From contig JBHGNT010000001.1 in the NCBI GenBank assembly GCA_043228905.1, positions 29,884,001 to 29,948,000 of the forward strand: a DNA stretch of 64,000 bases, written 5' to 3'. Both the position numbers and the translations under genes were made by a program. Of the stretch, positions 17,001 to 30,603 are shown one piece after another. Origin of the DNA: Azolla caroliniana. Its lineage: Eukaryota; Plantae; Polypodiophyta. Below the pieces are notes generated by a model, which made no database searches, was not told where the DNA came from, and saw nothing but the letters and a program-made list of their open reading frames with translations. Positions within the stretch are counted from its first letter, which is position 1; every line of letters starts with the position of its first letter.

Positions 17001-20000
17001 GTTTTGGAACTAAGGGATATCCATTTTAGAGTACAGTAATCTCCTAAGGAAGTATAATTGATTTATTCTCTTCGCACATATGGTCAATTGAGAAAACTTT
17101 GGAAGCTCTACATATAGATTTTAGTTGCTGAAATAGACTAAATTACTTGGTGCATTTCTAGGATTTTGGCTCTATCCTATTATATCATCTTCTATGAATT
17201 ATCATTTATAAATTAAATAAAAATGATTCAATTATATTATCAAGAATTTCAGCTCTATCTTATTATATGATCTTCTATTATTTGTCATTTATAAGTTGAT
17301 ATATGGTGCCAACAAGGTGTTAAATTCTTTGTTCCAAGACTAATATAGGTTCTTGGAATTGATATTTAATCCTGGTGAGTCCAAAAATCCGAAGGAGATC
17401 TTTCTTCACTTATATATAAAAAAATTTGGTGGTGATTTTAAGCTAAATTGGTTGTTTGATTCTGAAGTTCCTCTGGCTGGTTTTCAGTCATTTCCGTAGT
17501 TCTATTAAGAATGTCTGTGAACAACCTCCATTTTTAAAACCACACGATATTTGGACATTGATAATCTGAAAATTGAAAAGGACTTGTTTGCGAAGACTAT
17601 ATTTTGTTGAATTCATGGTTTATCCAAGACTTACACTGCAAAACTTTTCCTGGACTAATCTTATTTCAGAACGTATAAATAACGGAAAATATTCCCATTT
17701 CATGACAAAATTCAAATAGAAATCAATCATCCCCTAAAAAGTACAAGAATCTGCACAACTTAATTTGACACATCATTTATATTTATATTGCTGTGCAAAC
17801 GACAACATATATTGAGATGGCATTTGTATGATAAGGTTCATCCATGAAGCCTCATTGTCACCCAACTTACTGAAAAAAAATATTACAGAATACAGTTTGA
17901 AAATACCAGCAAGGCCTGCTGAAATCGCAACATCTGCAATGCTAAGATTATTTCCCACTAGAAAAGTCCGTGATGTCAAGTATGTATCCACGTGTGCACA
18001 TGCCTTTTCAAAGACTGATCCGACTGAGAGATTAGGAGAATAATCAATCCATTCATCTATCTGCACACAGGAAAACCATAAACTAGTATACATGGTGATA
18101 ACTTAAATAAAAATGTTATGCAAGTCTCATTGCAAAGAATCATCCAATCATAAGATTATAAAAATCTGTTAACAACAATTCCCATTCTGAGTGATCATCC
18201 AATCGTGAGATAAGTAAGAATTTATCTATAATAAAAGAAATAGAAACGCATACAGCTGAATAAGCTATTAGTAACTCTCCTAAACAATGAATCTCCAGAC
18301 GAGTCCAATTAGGGGAATATAAGAGTTATGTACATGCCATAATAACTCTAGGTGTTGTGCATGGGTGATGTTTGTGTCCAAACTGTAGATATCTACAGCC
18401 CAGACAACTGTAGGGCTGCCCAAATGCTGGCTGGCCTATTTCTGGCCTTGATTTTTACTCCTAATTGAATATTATTTAGCGTTACCTGTATGCTACTGGC
18501 ATTGGGTGGTGCATAAGAGTAGTTAGCCCTTCATATAATTCTTAACAGAAAACTGTGCACAGACTATGACATATATCCATTTCCAGACCATAGCTGTATG
18601 GATTACAAGACACCATAAGCCTGTTCAAATGCTCATTGAATTATCTTTAATGTTGGCTTTTATTAGTAAATTTGTATGAAATGAATAGACATATGTTTGA
18701 TCCAACACCAATGTTCGTGCTGATTGGCTGATCTATAGGCTGAATGGAATACATTAAATGTGTCATGTGTGTATATGTAACACTGGAAAAGGAGTGGTGT
18801 ACAATGGTAAGTATCCCTTTATGTAAATTCTACTTGTGCTTAGACTACATCCAAGTCAAGATCATAACTATCCAGATACAAGCACAAACAAGTGATATAG
18901 CCTAAGTTCTTATCAATTATAGTAAACATTTATTGATAGTAGAAACATCATCACATGCAAAGATAGTTACAACTTCTCTTGCATATATAAGAACATTGGC
19001 TAATACAAAATTATTTTTGTGTGAGTGTTTCTCATTAATCTCTTGTAGTGTCGGTAATTTCTAATTAAGAGTGTTTATATTAGAAGTATAATTTTAAAAA
19101 CCTTCATTGATATCAGAGCAAATGTTCATTGCTTCAAACACTTAATGCACAGAATGATTATTTTCCTATCTCTAGGTGCTCTAGGGCTAATTGCATATTA
19201 AATATTCTATGCAGTTACTCTTAACAATTTCAACGAGCGTGCGGGCAGAAAATCCTAGATAAATATCACTACGAAAAACAAAAAATGAAACCTGTGCCGC
19301 AGAAATGGGAGTTTTGCCATAGATTCCACCCACTCTACCAAAGTATCGGAGTAACGTGCTAGTGCCATGCAACTTCTCCCTGCAGAAAATAGAATAAAAT
19401 ATCACAGAAAATCACCAAAATGACAACAAAAAGAACCATCATAAAAAAAAGAAATCACCATTGGGAAACTACCAGCATACTAAGCAAAAAAAACTCATCC
19501 AGAACAGAAAAAACTAAATCATCAGCAAAACATCTAACATACCAAATAATAAATTAAGGATAGAGACCATCAGAATAATACCTAAATGTCAAACAGAAAA
19601 AGAAAAGAAAAATTCACAATAAAACCATCTGAAGAACAAGCAAGCAAACTTCAAGAAAGCACCTGGAGGACAAACAAAACGAGAAAAAAAAAATTCATTG
19701 GAAAGCCGATTGATGGCAAAATCACCAGAAGATCGAGTAAAGAGAAATAGTAAGTAATGTATTTTCATAGGAATATAATCTAAATACAAAAACATAAAGG
19801 AAGAGAAACCTAAACATTGGCCATCCAGATTTGCATGTTGTGCGAAATGCGGAATAGTTGATGAAGAAAACAAAGAAAAATGAAATTTTCATCAGAAAAT
19901 CATGTAAAGATCACCTAAAGACCAACCAATTTTAATCCTGACAAACAAAGAAAGGGGTATCTTATCCAGAAGTAAGGGGGAAATCATTGGCAAAATTCCT

Positions 20001-20452
20001 AAATGCCAAACAATAAAAAAAGGAATTACAAATGCACTGAAATGTCAAAGAAATGAAATAAGTTTCATAAAAACTCCACCATAAAATCATCTCTAATAAA
20101 ATACAAATTAGAATTAATTTTTCATCCGAAAGATCCAAACTAACTAACTAATTGAAAAGAAAATATTTTCGTCTTAAAAGACCAAACAAGAATAAAACAA
20201 AATGCACACTAGAAGCCGAAGGACGGAATTTCTAATCATCAAAGGCCAAAAAAAAAAGAAAGAGAAGAAATACGAACGAAATTAAGAGGAGGAAGGATCA
20301 TACCCGGAGTGCAGCAAAAGGAAAGGAACAGAACCAGATTCGAGCGAGGGAACTAGAGAAAGAGTCTCTCCTGAAACAGACGCTGCTGCGATGACCGAGA
20401 GAGGAACAGAATTTGACGCGTAGTGTAGCTCTATATCTTCCCTGCTCGACAT
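14040..20452 (-). CDS. Cytosolic glutamyl-tRNA synthetase with N-terminal GST-like domain
   Basis: Exons at ~20452-20303 (MSSREDIELHYAS...), 19379-19292, ~18060-17906 (YLTSRTFLVGNNLSIADVAI), ~16007-14925 ([28 protein letters not shown], the KMSKS equivalent; GWDDPRFPTVRGILRRG), ~14828-14359 and 14273-14040 (IQLERKGYFRCD). Confidence 0.97.
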
Positions 20453-22417
20453 GGCTCGTCCTGCACGAGAAGGACAGAAGAAGAAAATGATTCAAACATA
20501 AAAAACACTTCAACAGATAGGTGTCGTAATGGTGATGGTGATTAAGGAGAAGACAGAAGAAGAAATGACAGAAAAAACAAAGAGTAAATCAAAATGCAGA
20601 AGTCAAGATCAGAAAATAATAAATACTTCAAAGAAAATTTCGGAGAAAATGGAGGGGGGAAGCATGAAATTTGAGAGATCCGAGACTGTTGAGAGGGGTA
20701 GCTTACCACGTCAAGCAGAAGAAGAATCTATGGCGATGAAAAAGAAGAAGAAAAAGAAGAAGAATCTCTTGTGATGAAGAAGACATAAAACCTTATACAA
20801 GAGGGTAAGTAAATATTATATTTCCCAAGGTACCCCTGAGTATTTCTTTGGTCCCAAGAAGTGTCATGCTAAGACGTCCCAATGGGTGGGATGGCACACA
20901 TTCACACCTACCACGTTTGTTTGGGCAAGGGCAAACTCGAGCCTGTGTGTTTGTGTATGTGGATTTCTATGATCAATCCTAACTACAAGCATCATGAAGA
21001 CAAATAATGTATTGTTGTCAGTAGGATCATCCCAATCCCCTAACTTAGAACCTTCGCTTGAAAATGTCCCCATCAATGATTACCTCAATGACAAACTTAA
21101 TGATTTCTAATCGGTACTTAACCAAGGACTTTATGTCTTTGAGTAAAGCCTACTTGAAAGGTTGACATCAACCAATTTGTTCACCCCCCAGTGTTGGGAG
21201 TGGAGTTGGTATGTCATAATCCCATCAAGACACGTATTCCATAAAGGATTTCAAACCCCCCAAAATATGTGGATAGAGTTTTAATTAGGAATGCTAGTGC
21301 AGTCGATCAATTGTCAAATGGGAGCATACCTTCCAATTGTGTCAAGATCACCAAAATGTATTATGCGTCATTTAACCTACAGATTGTAGCTCATAGATTG
21401 TGGAGAAAAGTGGTTATAAATAAACAAATTCCCAAAGAGATGGTTTAACTTCAAAATAATGTTTACGAGTACCTTTGTTCCTCTAAATGAGCATAGTAGT
21501 GTTGTGAGATTAGCCATTGTATATACCTGACTATTTGCAAGTACATGAATTTGCTTTAGAATATAAAGGCTCTCTATGAACCATGAGTTTATTTATAAAG
21601 AGAAATGTACTACGCTTGTTAAGCTATCGAGATGGCTTTGGTACATGAGAACCTCAAGGATTCTATTAACTAAGTCATTGACATAAGGAAAACATTGGAT
21701 ACAACAAAGGCCTTGTATGCTTGGTTGTTTGGGTTAAATACCAATTCTAAGAGTTGTCCAAAGAGAAAGACAAAGTAGTTTTGACCCCCGAGGTTGTAGG
21801 GTTAGACCCAATGATCAAGGATAAGCTTGAGCACGCACCCATTGTACCACCTTCGTCTTCATGAAACCTCTTATATATACGTTGAATTCATGAAACATCT
21901 TATATATTAGCAAATATACGTTGAATTCATCTTTTGAGTTTTTCTTTTCTCCTTAGTGCCACGAGTTTCTATACATGTTGTTTGAGTGATTATATTGTCG
22001 ATGCATCCCATTTTCTTGATATTTAAGTGATTGACTTAGGATTCCACCAAGGATGTTTGATTAGATAACAAAAAACTATATGTGCATTTTCAAACAAAAA
22101 TTCTTTTTGATATTTTTTTGTTTATTTATTGAGAATTGACGAAGTACTCCGATTTCTCTTGAAGCTCTCAAATTAATCCTCACATTCTAAAATATGCCAG
22201 ACTATCATCCTTTTTTTGAAACCCTAGAAATAATGCTCTATAATCTCCACAACTCTCGGTTTAATTTTGGGGAAATAGGGAAGTGATTATTGGGGGAGAT
22301 ATTAGTCCTTAATTAACTCTTCTATCACTACATATTTCCAATCAAAGAAGATAGTTAAATTAAGATTAGTTTTCATTAGATGTGTAAGTCTTAAATTACT
22401 AATGAAAACATTCAAAA

Positions 22418-22867
22418 TGTTAGGAAACAGGTTCCTCTGAATGGGAAGGAAAGCAGGAGTTGGAGAGAAGAGTAAACCGAATTGGTCGAAGGCGAATCAG
22501 GGCTATATTTGTAAATAGCCCGTATTGTGTATGAGTATAAATACACTTACGGCAAATCATTATGGTACGTATGAATCATTACTGTGTAGGAGAGAGCGAG
22601 AGAGTAGTAACTTTGTTGTAACCATCTGTGGACGAAGTAGAACTCAAGGTTGTTGCCATGTAGTTTATTATTGTACATTCCTCTTACCTATAGTGATATA
22701 GTTTGGAGTTTGTGGACTCTCGTGGTTTTTCCCTATCAGGGTTTCCACGTTAAAAATACTTGTGTCTCTGTACTTTAATTTTCTATCTTTCTGTTTTTTG
22801 TCATTTCGATCTTTGCATGCTCGTATGCACGTATATCAACCAGTTGTGGCCGGTAGTATCCTCTTCA
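22418..22867 (+). repeat. Copia 5' LTR (450 bp)
   Basis: Aligns by eye to 40916-~41305, has TG...CA ends and is followed by a tRNA-iMet PBS. Confidence 0.92.
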
Positions 22868-23420
22868 AACTGGTATCAGAGCGAGATGGATGAACATTTT
22901 GGTGGAATGTTCAAGTTAACCGTCTCCGAATACTTTGTGTGGAAGTCAAAGATGCAAGATATGAGACCTTTGGCTATCGATGCAGTTTGAAAATGATAAA
23001 TCAGACAAGATTGATGCATCGATTTGGGAGGTGATGCATTTGAAGATGACGACGTATATAAGATGTTTTATAGACATGAGTTTATACAACAACTTCAACA
23101 AAGAGACCAAGGCAGATGTCATGTGGAAGAAGATCGGCATAATATTTGAGAACAAAAATGTCGTCAACAAAGTATTAATCTTTTGAAAGATCATAAGATT
23201 GAGGTATCAGGATGACTCAAGCATGGCGGAGCACCTTAACGCCTTCCAAGGACTAATCAACCAAACCACCTCTCTAGAAGTATCTGCCATGAATACATAA
23301 ACATCATAGCTTAACCCAAGACCTTATAATACATAATCAAGAACCCAACCATTAAGATAGCCTATAACCATATAAGATAATAAATCTACTTCTTGTAATA
23401 CACTGATTATTGTAAATACT

Positions 23421-23510
23421 CTGGAACATTCTAGAACATTCTAGAATATCCTCGAACATCTTAGAATATTTTAGGTCTAGAACATTCTAGAACATTCTAG
23501 AAAGCTCTAG
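23421..23510 (+). promoter_or_regulatory. Array of nGAAnnTTCn heat-shock-element-like motifs in the gypsy 5' LTR, just upstream of the TATA box (ctataaata ~23527)
   Basis: ggaacattctagaacattctagaa...ctagaacattctagaacattctagaa; the same array is in the 3' LTR at ~37290-37370. Confidence 0.6.
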
Positions 23511-24817
23511 GCTATTCTATAGGAACCTATAAATAGGGGCATACATGTATTCTCAAATCAATTCGAATAAACACCAGTCTTAAGCTCTCATCGCCTATTG
23601 TGTATCCATTCTCATTCTACTTTAATACATTCATTCTTCTCTTCTCTTCTACTTTAATTCTTGTTTCATGGATAGAGATTTTGCCCAAAAACATCAAATG
23701 TCCTTGCATACCCTTCCTTGCCCGGTTTTTGTAGTAGTGATTGATGGACGTCCCATAGCTTCCGTGAAGATAATCGAAGAGTCTGAGCCAATACACATAC
23801 TCTTAGGGGATTTAGGATGTGTAGTTTTGTTTAAGATAATATGTAACCCTGAGCATCCAATTGTCCTTGGTTTGCCATGGTTTCAGCCACATAACCCAAG
23901 AATCGATTGGAGGAGGCGAGAAATTTGGTGCCCTTCATAAGAAAACATCATTGCTAAGGATAGAATCCAAGATTCTCCCCTTAAAGAATATAGTTCTACC
24001 CCTGCACCATCTCCTTTTCATCAAATATCAACCATTACATTGCAACAATTGTCCCAAGTGGGAGGAAAGGAGGAACTTTTTTAATTTGGAGTATCATTGA
24101 CACCTTCTAGTGCCACTCAAGGGAATTCAAACATCCAAATTCCCAAAAAATATCAAGAATATGTTGATGTCTTTGATAAAGTCAAAGCTAGTGTACTTCC
24201 AAAGCATCGGTCGTACGATTGTCCCATTGATCTTCAACCAAGAAAAGAGTAATCATGGGGTTTGATCTACAATCTATCACCAACTAAGCTTGAGTTTCTT
24301 CGAGAATACATCGAGGAGAATCTTGCCCATGGGTTCATTCAACATTCAAAGTTTCCAGCTGGTGCTCCCACATTTTTTGTGAAGAAAACAGACGGTTTGT
24401 TTCATTTGGTCGTGGACTATCGGGGATTAAATAAAGTCACCATAAGAAATAGGCATGCTCTACCTTTAATCTCCAGTCTTTTAGAGCGCATTGGTGGGGC
24501 AAAGCATTGTACAAATATCAAATTAAGGGGTGCATATAATCTAGTTCAAATTCGACCAGGAGATGAGTGGAAAATTGCATTTCGCACTCGGTATGGTCAT
24601 TTTGAGTATATAGTCATGCCTTTCGGACTCACAAATGCACCCGCAGTTTTCCAACACATGACAAATGACATTTTTCGAGATTTTCTGGATATCTTTCTCA
24701 TCATCTATTTAGATGATCTATTGATTTACTCAAAAACACAAGAGGAGCATGATATGTGTGTCCGGAAAGTACTTGAACGCTTAAGAAAGTATGGTATGTA
24801 TGTCAAACTTGAGAAGT

Positions 24818-24853
24818 AACACGTTCGCATTCACAAGTGGAAGGATTGCGCAT
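24818..24853 (+). repeat. Left TIR of the DNA transposon
   Basis: aacacgttcgcattcacaagtggaaggattgcgcat, the reverse complement of 35020-35055 with 3 mismatches. Confidence 0.95.
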
Positions 24854-27133
24854 TCCACTTGTAGAATCTTCTTAAAACGAAGCAAATACACCCTCTCTAC
24901 AAAAATTGGATGCACTAGTATCACATGTTCCTCAACTTGATGAGAATTTGCAAATATAAAAATACATGATAGATCTACGAGTGGAGATCATTAGAAATCA
25001 TGCAAGTTTAGACACGTTGATAAGTTAATGTAGGCATAATAAAGTTCAACTATGGCTCAATATGTCACTACTGTGCGACAAGGGAAACACTAACTTAAAG
25101 ACTTATATTAATTAGGTAAGTTTTACAAAAATATCAGGTGTACTTGTATCCATACTAATAAAATGAGTTATAATTTATACTTTGACCCATACGTGCATGT
25201 ATGTAATTGTGGAAAATGTAGGATGTGCACATTAGGATAAGTGATTGGAATAACTAACTTATTAAAGTATTCAATACTTGTATTTAAAGTTGATCTAATA
25301 TATTCCTCAGTTTGTTCATATGGGATCAAACCATATGTATATAATTGTGGACAATGTAAGGTAGTGAACTTTAGGATAATGTCGTGGAAATAACAAACCT
25401 ATTAGGCTTTCATACCTGTATTTAAAATTGATCTACTCTATTGCTTAGGTGATTCACACAGGATCAAACTCTGAACGATAACGCAACTGGAACCATTATC
25501 AACACACTACACAATCTAAGCAGCAATGGAATAGAAACATAATAGTTTTAACAATAGAAGACAAAGATCCATAATAACAACATGGACAATCATGGCAACA
25601 ATTATAGGGCCATGTTCTGTTAAGGTTAGCTTGGACCAAAATCAGCCTCAATTTAAACTAATTCATGTTTCTCCATAAATTTGGTAGTCAGCTATGCACG
25701 CGATGAAACCAATGTCATAAATCTACTAACCAAGTATATAAAAATAAAATTGAAACATATAGAAGATTATAAAGAATAGAATCCACTAGGTAAAACCCAA
25801 AATTTGTATTAATAATGTGAAATCCTAACAAATCGTCAGTGTCATTTTCTTCATAGAGTCTATTACATAGCAATCAATTCATCAACGTCATTTTCTTCAT
25901 CATCTTGTGTAGAACTCTCTTTGGCTATACGTGCATTGGCTTCCCCTGTTAGCTGAGCCAACGAAATATCTTCTATAAGCTCATCATCAAGCTCTATTAG
26001 CTCCCCTGGTTCGCCGGCTAATGGAGGAATAGGCTCTCGCGAAGCAGGTTGAAACCTTTCTGTATTAGCGAGGTTCTTTGCACCGACCTCCTCATCCTAG
26101 TCTGGGCACTCCCACAAAGCCTTAATCCGCATATTAATAAATATAACTTGGTCCTCGTCCTTCTCCAATGCAACTGTATTTCTAAAAAGCTTCAATGCAC
26201 ATGCAGATGTCGTTCCTGTGATGTAAGTAACAAGAAGATTTAGTTGTCAAACGAAAAAAAAAGGGATTGGTTATCTCAAGATCGTTACCCTAGTTCGAGG
26301 AATACCTGTGCCAGAAAAGAGATCTAATATCCAGTCTCCTTCGATAGAAAACATCTCGATCAAGCGCATCATAAGTCGTTGAGGTTTTTGGTATGGGTTG
26401 ACAAGTCCCCGTTCTGTCGTGGTGACATGTCGCAATTTCCGTGTCACTACTGGATATACCAACAGATTTGAACCTCCCACTTCATTAGAATGCTCCTTGA
26501 TTCTCTGTTTCTTAATTTCATCGAAGTAGCCAACCGTGATGTATTCAATGGCATTAACGAACCGAAAAATTGGCCCTCTATTTACATTGGTCTTGATCCT
26601 ATAAAAAATAATACATCGAGTTAAGAATAGATTGAACAACCTTAAGAAATGCAATATAGTGAAAGACACCTATAAATAATCCTTACCATGCAAGGTTCTC
26701 GATGCCATGGCAACGAGATCTCAAAGCTTGAGCTACCGAGTACCCTTGGTCCATACTATGAAAGACAACTATTCGCCACAAGGATGCAGTCGTTAGCTCA
26801 GTGAAATCCTTGACCATCTTCTCCAATTGTTAAAACCTAAACGGTTCATCGTCGTATGATGACCCAACCATTCGAAATCCGTAAGGAATATCCGCAATCA
26901 TTAGCGTATATTCCTTCTTTGGCACCTTTTGGATCAAGTCGACGACATCACCGCAAACCACATTGTAGTAAAGATCTCTCGTAATATCTTTTTTGTGGCT
27001 AAATTTTTTAAAGGAGCCATCTTCCTCCATTTCATACGCCTTGACTAAGCGACGATCCTTTTCTTTTCTGGCTCGCTCGAGATGTGCAAGGAAGGATGTA
27101 GGGAAATCGTGTATATCCTTAACTTCTCCTTGT

Positions 27134-28353
27134 TTCTTGCCTCGACACGGTTTCTAATAGAAGCAATAGGACATCAGGTATTATTATACAAGCTCTACAT
27201 ATGATGAAAGGGTAATGAAAAACCATCAATACTAACCCAATCCTTGAATGCAATAAAATACTCTGATAATGCCTTATATGAAGACGTTGTCGTGCCTTTC
27301 GGCTCCGGATCGTTGCGTGAGTCGGGTGGGAACCGCCGAGGTTTTGGACTAGGAGAAAGAAGAATATGAGATGAGGCTAGTAATAAATAGATTATTAGAA
27401 AGAGAGATAGAAATTTCGTGAATCCCACGAGTGTATTTTATTCGATTAATCAATATTTAGATAAGAATATGTATTTAGATTGAAAGAAAAATATAAGAAA
27501 CTTGTGAATCCCACAAGTATAGATTATATTATTTTCGTGAATCCCACGATTATATTAATCGGTTGGTGTTTTCGGAAATATATCCAATTTCCAAATATTT
27601 CACACGCCTATTACATTGTGCTCCCCATCCTTATGTAGTGATGGGAGAGACTAAGCATAGCTACATGCTTTTTTTCTAATATGTTCATGCACACTAAATG
27701 TGCATGTGATGCTTTTCTAATCCTTGCTTTTATTTGCTAAATATAGTGCTCATGCACGCTAGATGTACATGAGTCACTTTTTAGTTGCTTGCGTTTTTCT
27801 ATAAAATATTCACGCACTCTAAAAATGCATGATTTACCTTTTAATAAAGGTAGACGCAAATAAAGCACTTATAGCTATTAAATCTATTAATAAAACACTA
27901 AAGATAAGGTAGTATAATGGTAAAGTTGAAGTTTGGCTACGTGGAGGTACATGGTTCAAATCTTGCCCTATGCACGTGATAAATATCTTGATATATTATT
28001 TTATTTATTTATATGTAATTAAATCGGTTATATTATTTTTACTTTTTCACGTAGTGTACGAAATACACTACGACAACGTTAGAGGATAATCCTCGGTCAC
28101 TTGTTCCCAAGTTATACATCCAAGTTGTTTCATCATAACTTCTTGCCTCGACACGGTTTCTAATAGAAGCAATAGGACATCAGGTATTATTATACAAGCT
28201 CTACATATGATGAAAGGGTAATGAAAAACCATCAATACTAACCCAATCCTTGAATGCAATAAAATACTCTGATAATGCCTTATATGAAGACGTTAGAGGA
28301 TAATCCTCGGTCACTTGTTCCCAAGTTATACATCCAAGTTGTTTCATCATAAC
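27134..28353. repeat. 214-bp tandem duplication within the methyltransferase gene; first copy interrupted by the 788-bp insert
   Basis: 27134-27287 + 28080-28139 equals 28140-28353 by eye, with ttcttg microhomology at the junctions. Confidence 0.9.
27288..28075. mobile_element. Putative solo LTR (788 bp)
   Basis: Begins TGTCGT and ends ACGACA (TG...CA, 6-bp inverted ends), flanked by a duplicated ACGT (27284-27287, 28076-28079). The uninterrupted site is visible in the second duplicate (atgaagacgttagagg, ~28284-28299). Confidence 0.7.
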
Positions 28354-30603
28354 TTCTTGGATCTTCATGTACACCTTATGACTGTAAAATTAGAAATCAA
28401 GATTAGAACTTTGAATTACACAAGATAGACTACAATTTCAGTATTTGAAAGACTTACTTATTGAACTCAGTGACCATTTCTTCAAGGCTTAAATCTTTCG
28501 CCACAACCCTTGACAAAACAGACACAAGAAGCTGCTCGTCCTTAATACCTTGCATCGCTCTCCACAGAGACAGTTTCATGTCGTTTGCCGCTTCTTCAAT
28601 TGTCAAGTCAATTTTCTTGGCGGCTTGTGACTTTAACTCTAGTTGAGGGTCAACCTTACATTTCTTTTGTCGTTGACCCTTTACCTCCTTATTCTCCCAC
28701 ATTGAGAAGATTTCATCTTGTAGGTCCCATACTTCTCCATCTCTAAACGCCAATTGAAACCAAGACTCATATTTTCGAAGACCATCGGACTTAACATTAT
28801 CATCTACCACAATGCCGACTTCATGCAGACATTGACGTCGTAGGCCTGGATGTAACTTCACACCAAACTTTTGTTTCACGTCTAAATACTCGTGGTGGAA
28901 GAACCGTATACGCTCAATGGACGACATTTTCTGCCTATAGTCATTATCATTATTATGGTCCCATGCCAACAACTTAGCCTCTTCGGTTGTGAGCCCAACA
29001 TAAATTTTGCACTCGGCATACTTGAAGAAGAAAGTCGTTGGATGTTCTCTCACAAGTTGCCGACGTGCCTCTGCTGAATGCGATCCACCAATGACAAAAT
29101 AATTATATTGATCATGCTTTCTAATATCAAAATCTTCAATGGTTTCACATTCTTCAGGATCTACCATAACAATAAATGGCACCATAGTGGCATGAGGATT
29201 AATTTTCATTTTTTTCTTGAGATTTTGAACATGCATGCGGTGTGGCTCTCTAATCTCAAGCGATCGTCGACCTGTTTTTTCATCAATAGGGGGCCAATGG
29301 ATGTGTGTTATAGGCAAATTAAACACTTGCCCTTTCCTGACCAGTTTACGTTGCATTAACTCTCTCCTTATCTTATTCTGCTCGGATGACAAAACACCCG
29401 ATGCCAGCTCAGCTCCTGGTGTCCCCTTATTATCCTCCTCTTCGTTTTCACTTGTTGAATCAGTGTCCGACATTTTGGTTGTCTTCTTCTTTGGTGGTCT
29501 TGACTGGACTTTGGATACCCTTTTTGTGGCCTTCAATGGGGAGGGCACTTCATCTCTTAGAGTTACATGGCCTTGTATATAAGGCCTCAAGGTAACAATA
29601 AGGTTTTGTGAGCTTTCAAGATCTTTTTTGAACGCTTCTGGCCCACAAGATTCCTTTACTAAAAGGTCTTCTGAAAGGAACACTTTACGTACCCCCTTGG
29701 AGCACTCTATCATTACCAGTATGTTGGCCGAATCTGCATCTTCGTAGTCAAATCGTAGAATACGGCCATACATAAATGGGGTTTCCTTTCCAAGTTGCCC
29801 CTCCCCCTTCTTCTTTGATGTATACAATATGACTTTTTTCTTTGAGCCGACATATTGCATACACCATTCCTTGTCCGTTAGATCACGGTCAGGAAGGTCT
29901 TCACCTCCAGTAGCGGCGACAAGTTTCTTTTGGCTAACATCAATATGTGGCTGAGATTTTGTCTCCTCGTTGAAGAGAAGCTTTTTTCCTCTCTTCATGG
30001 TCTCAGGAGCTACCTTGGTTTGGGCTTCGATTGGAGAACCCTGTATGCGAAGCTTTATTTTCTTCACGGGTCGGTTCGACAGGTTCTCAAACGACCTATT
30101 TAAGAAAGTATATGCAAAAACATAAGTTAGGTGGTCACGTAGATTAAGGTTGTATATTAAAATATAAATATGAAGATGAAGAACAGTTCTCACTACCAGG
30201 CGATTAGTGGTGAAGTGAAAATATCAATCATGCATTCAGAGTACATGGTAGTCCTATATTCAAAAATCTATTCTAGGCAAGGCTATTCAAACTAGAAAAT
30301 ATATATCGTAATAAGTAAACAAGGTTATATATTCTTTTAAAGAGTAGGTATGACTTATATAGATTCCAAACCTATATTGAGGAGAATTTGCTATCATAAA
30401 GGCAATTTGTGGATCATTTTCTACTATTTTAAGCTATAGTAGGTCATAAAACACCTATAATTAGGGCATGTTTTTTTTTAAAAGTAAGGCAAGTCAACAT
30501 AAAAAAGACTGATTTTGACAGACAATTTGATATCTTTTCCACACAATAATTAATTGTTACCCCAAAAACACAATTTTTCTCTTTCAGAGCCTTCTTTTAT
30601 ACA

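Noticed and set aside
27900-27975. Functional tRNA gene
   Set aside because: A and B boxes are present but acceptor and anticodon stems do not pair convincingly; kept only as a tRNA-like motif.
30196-30231. Alternative first exon (MIDIFTSPLIAW) for the ParB-MTase
   Set aside because: Phase-compatible but with a weaker donor and no TATA box; the exon at 31116-31082 has a TATA box, good ATG context and an AG|gtagg donor. Not fully excluded.
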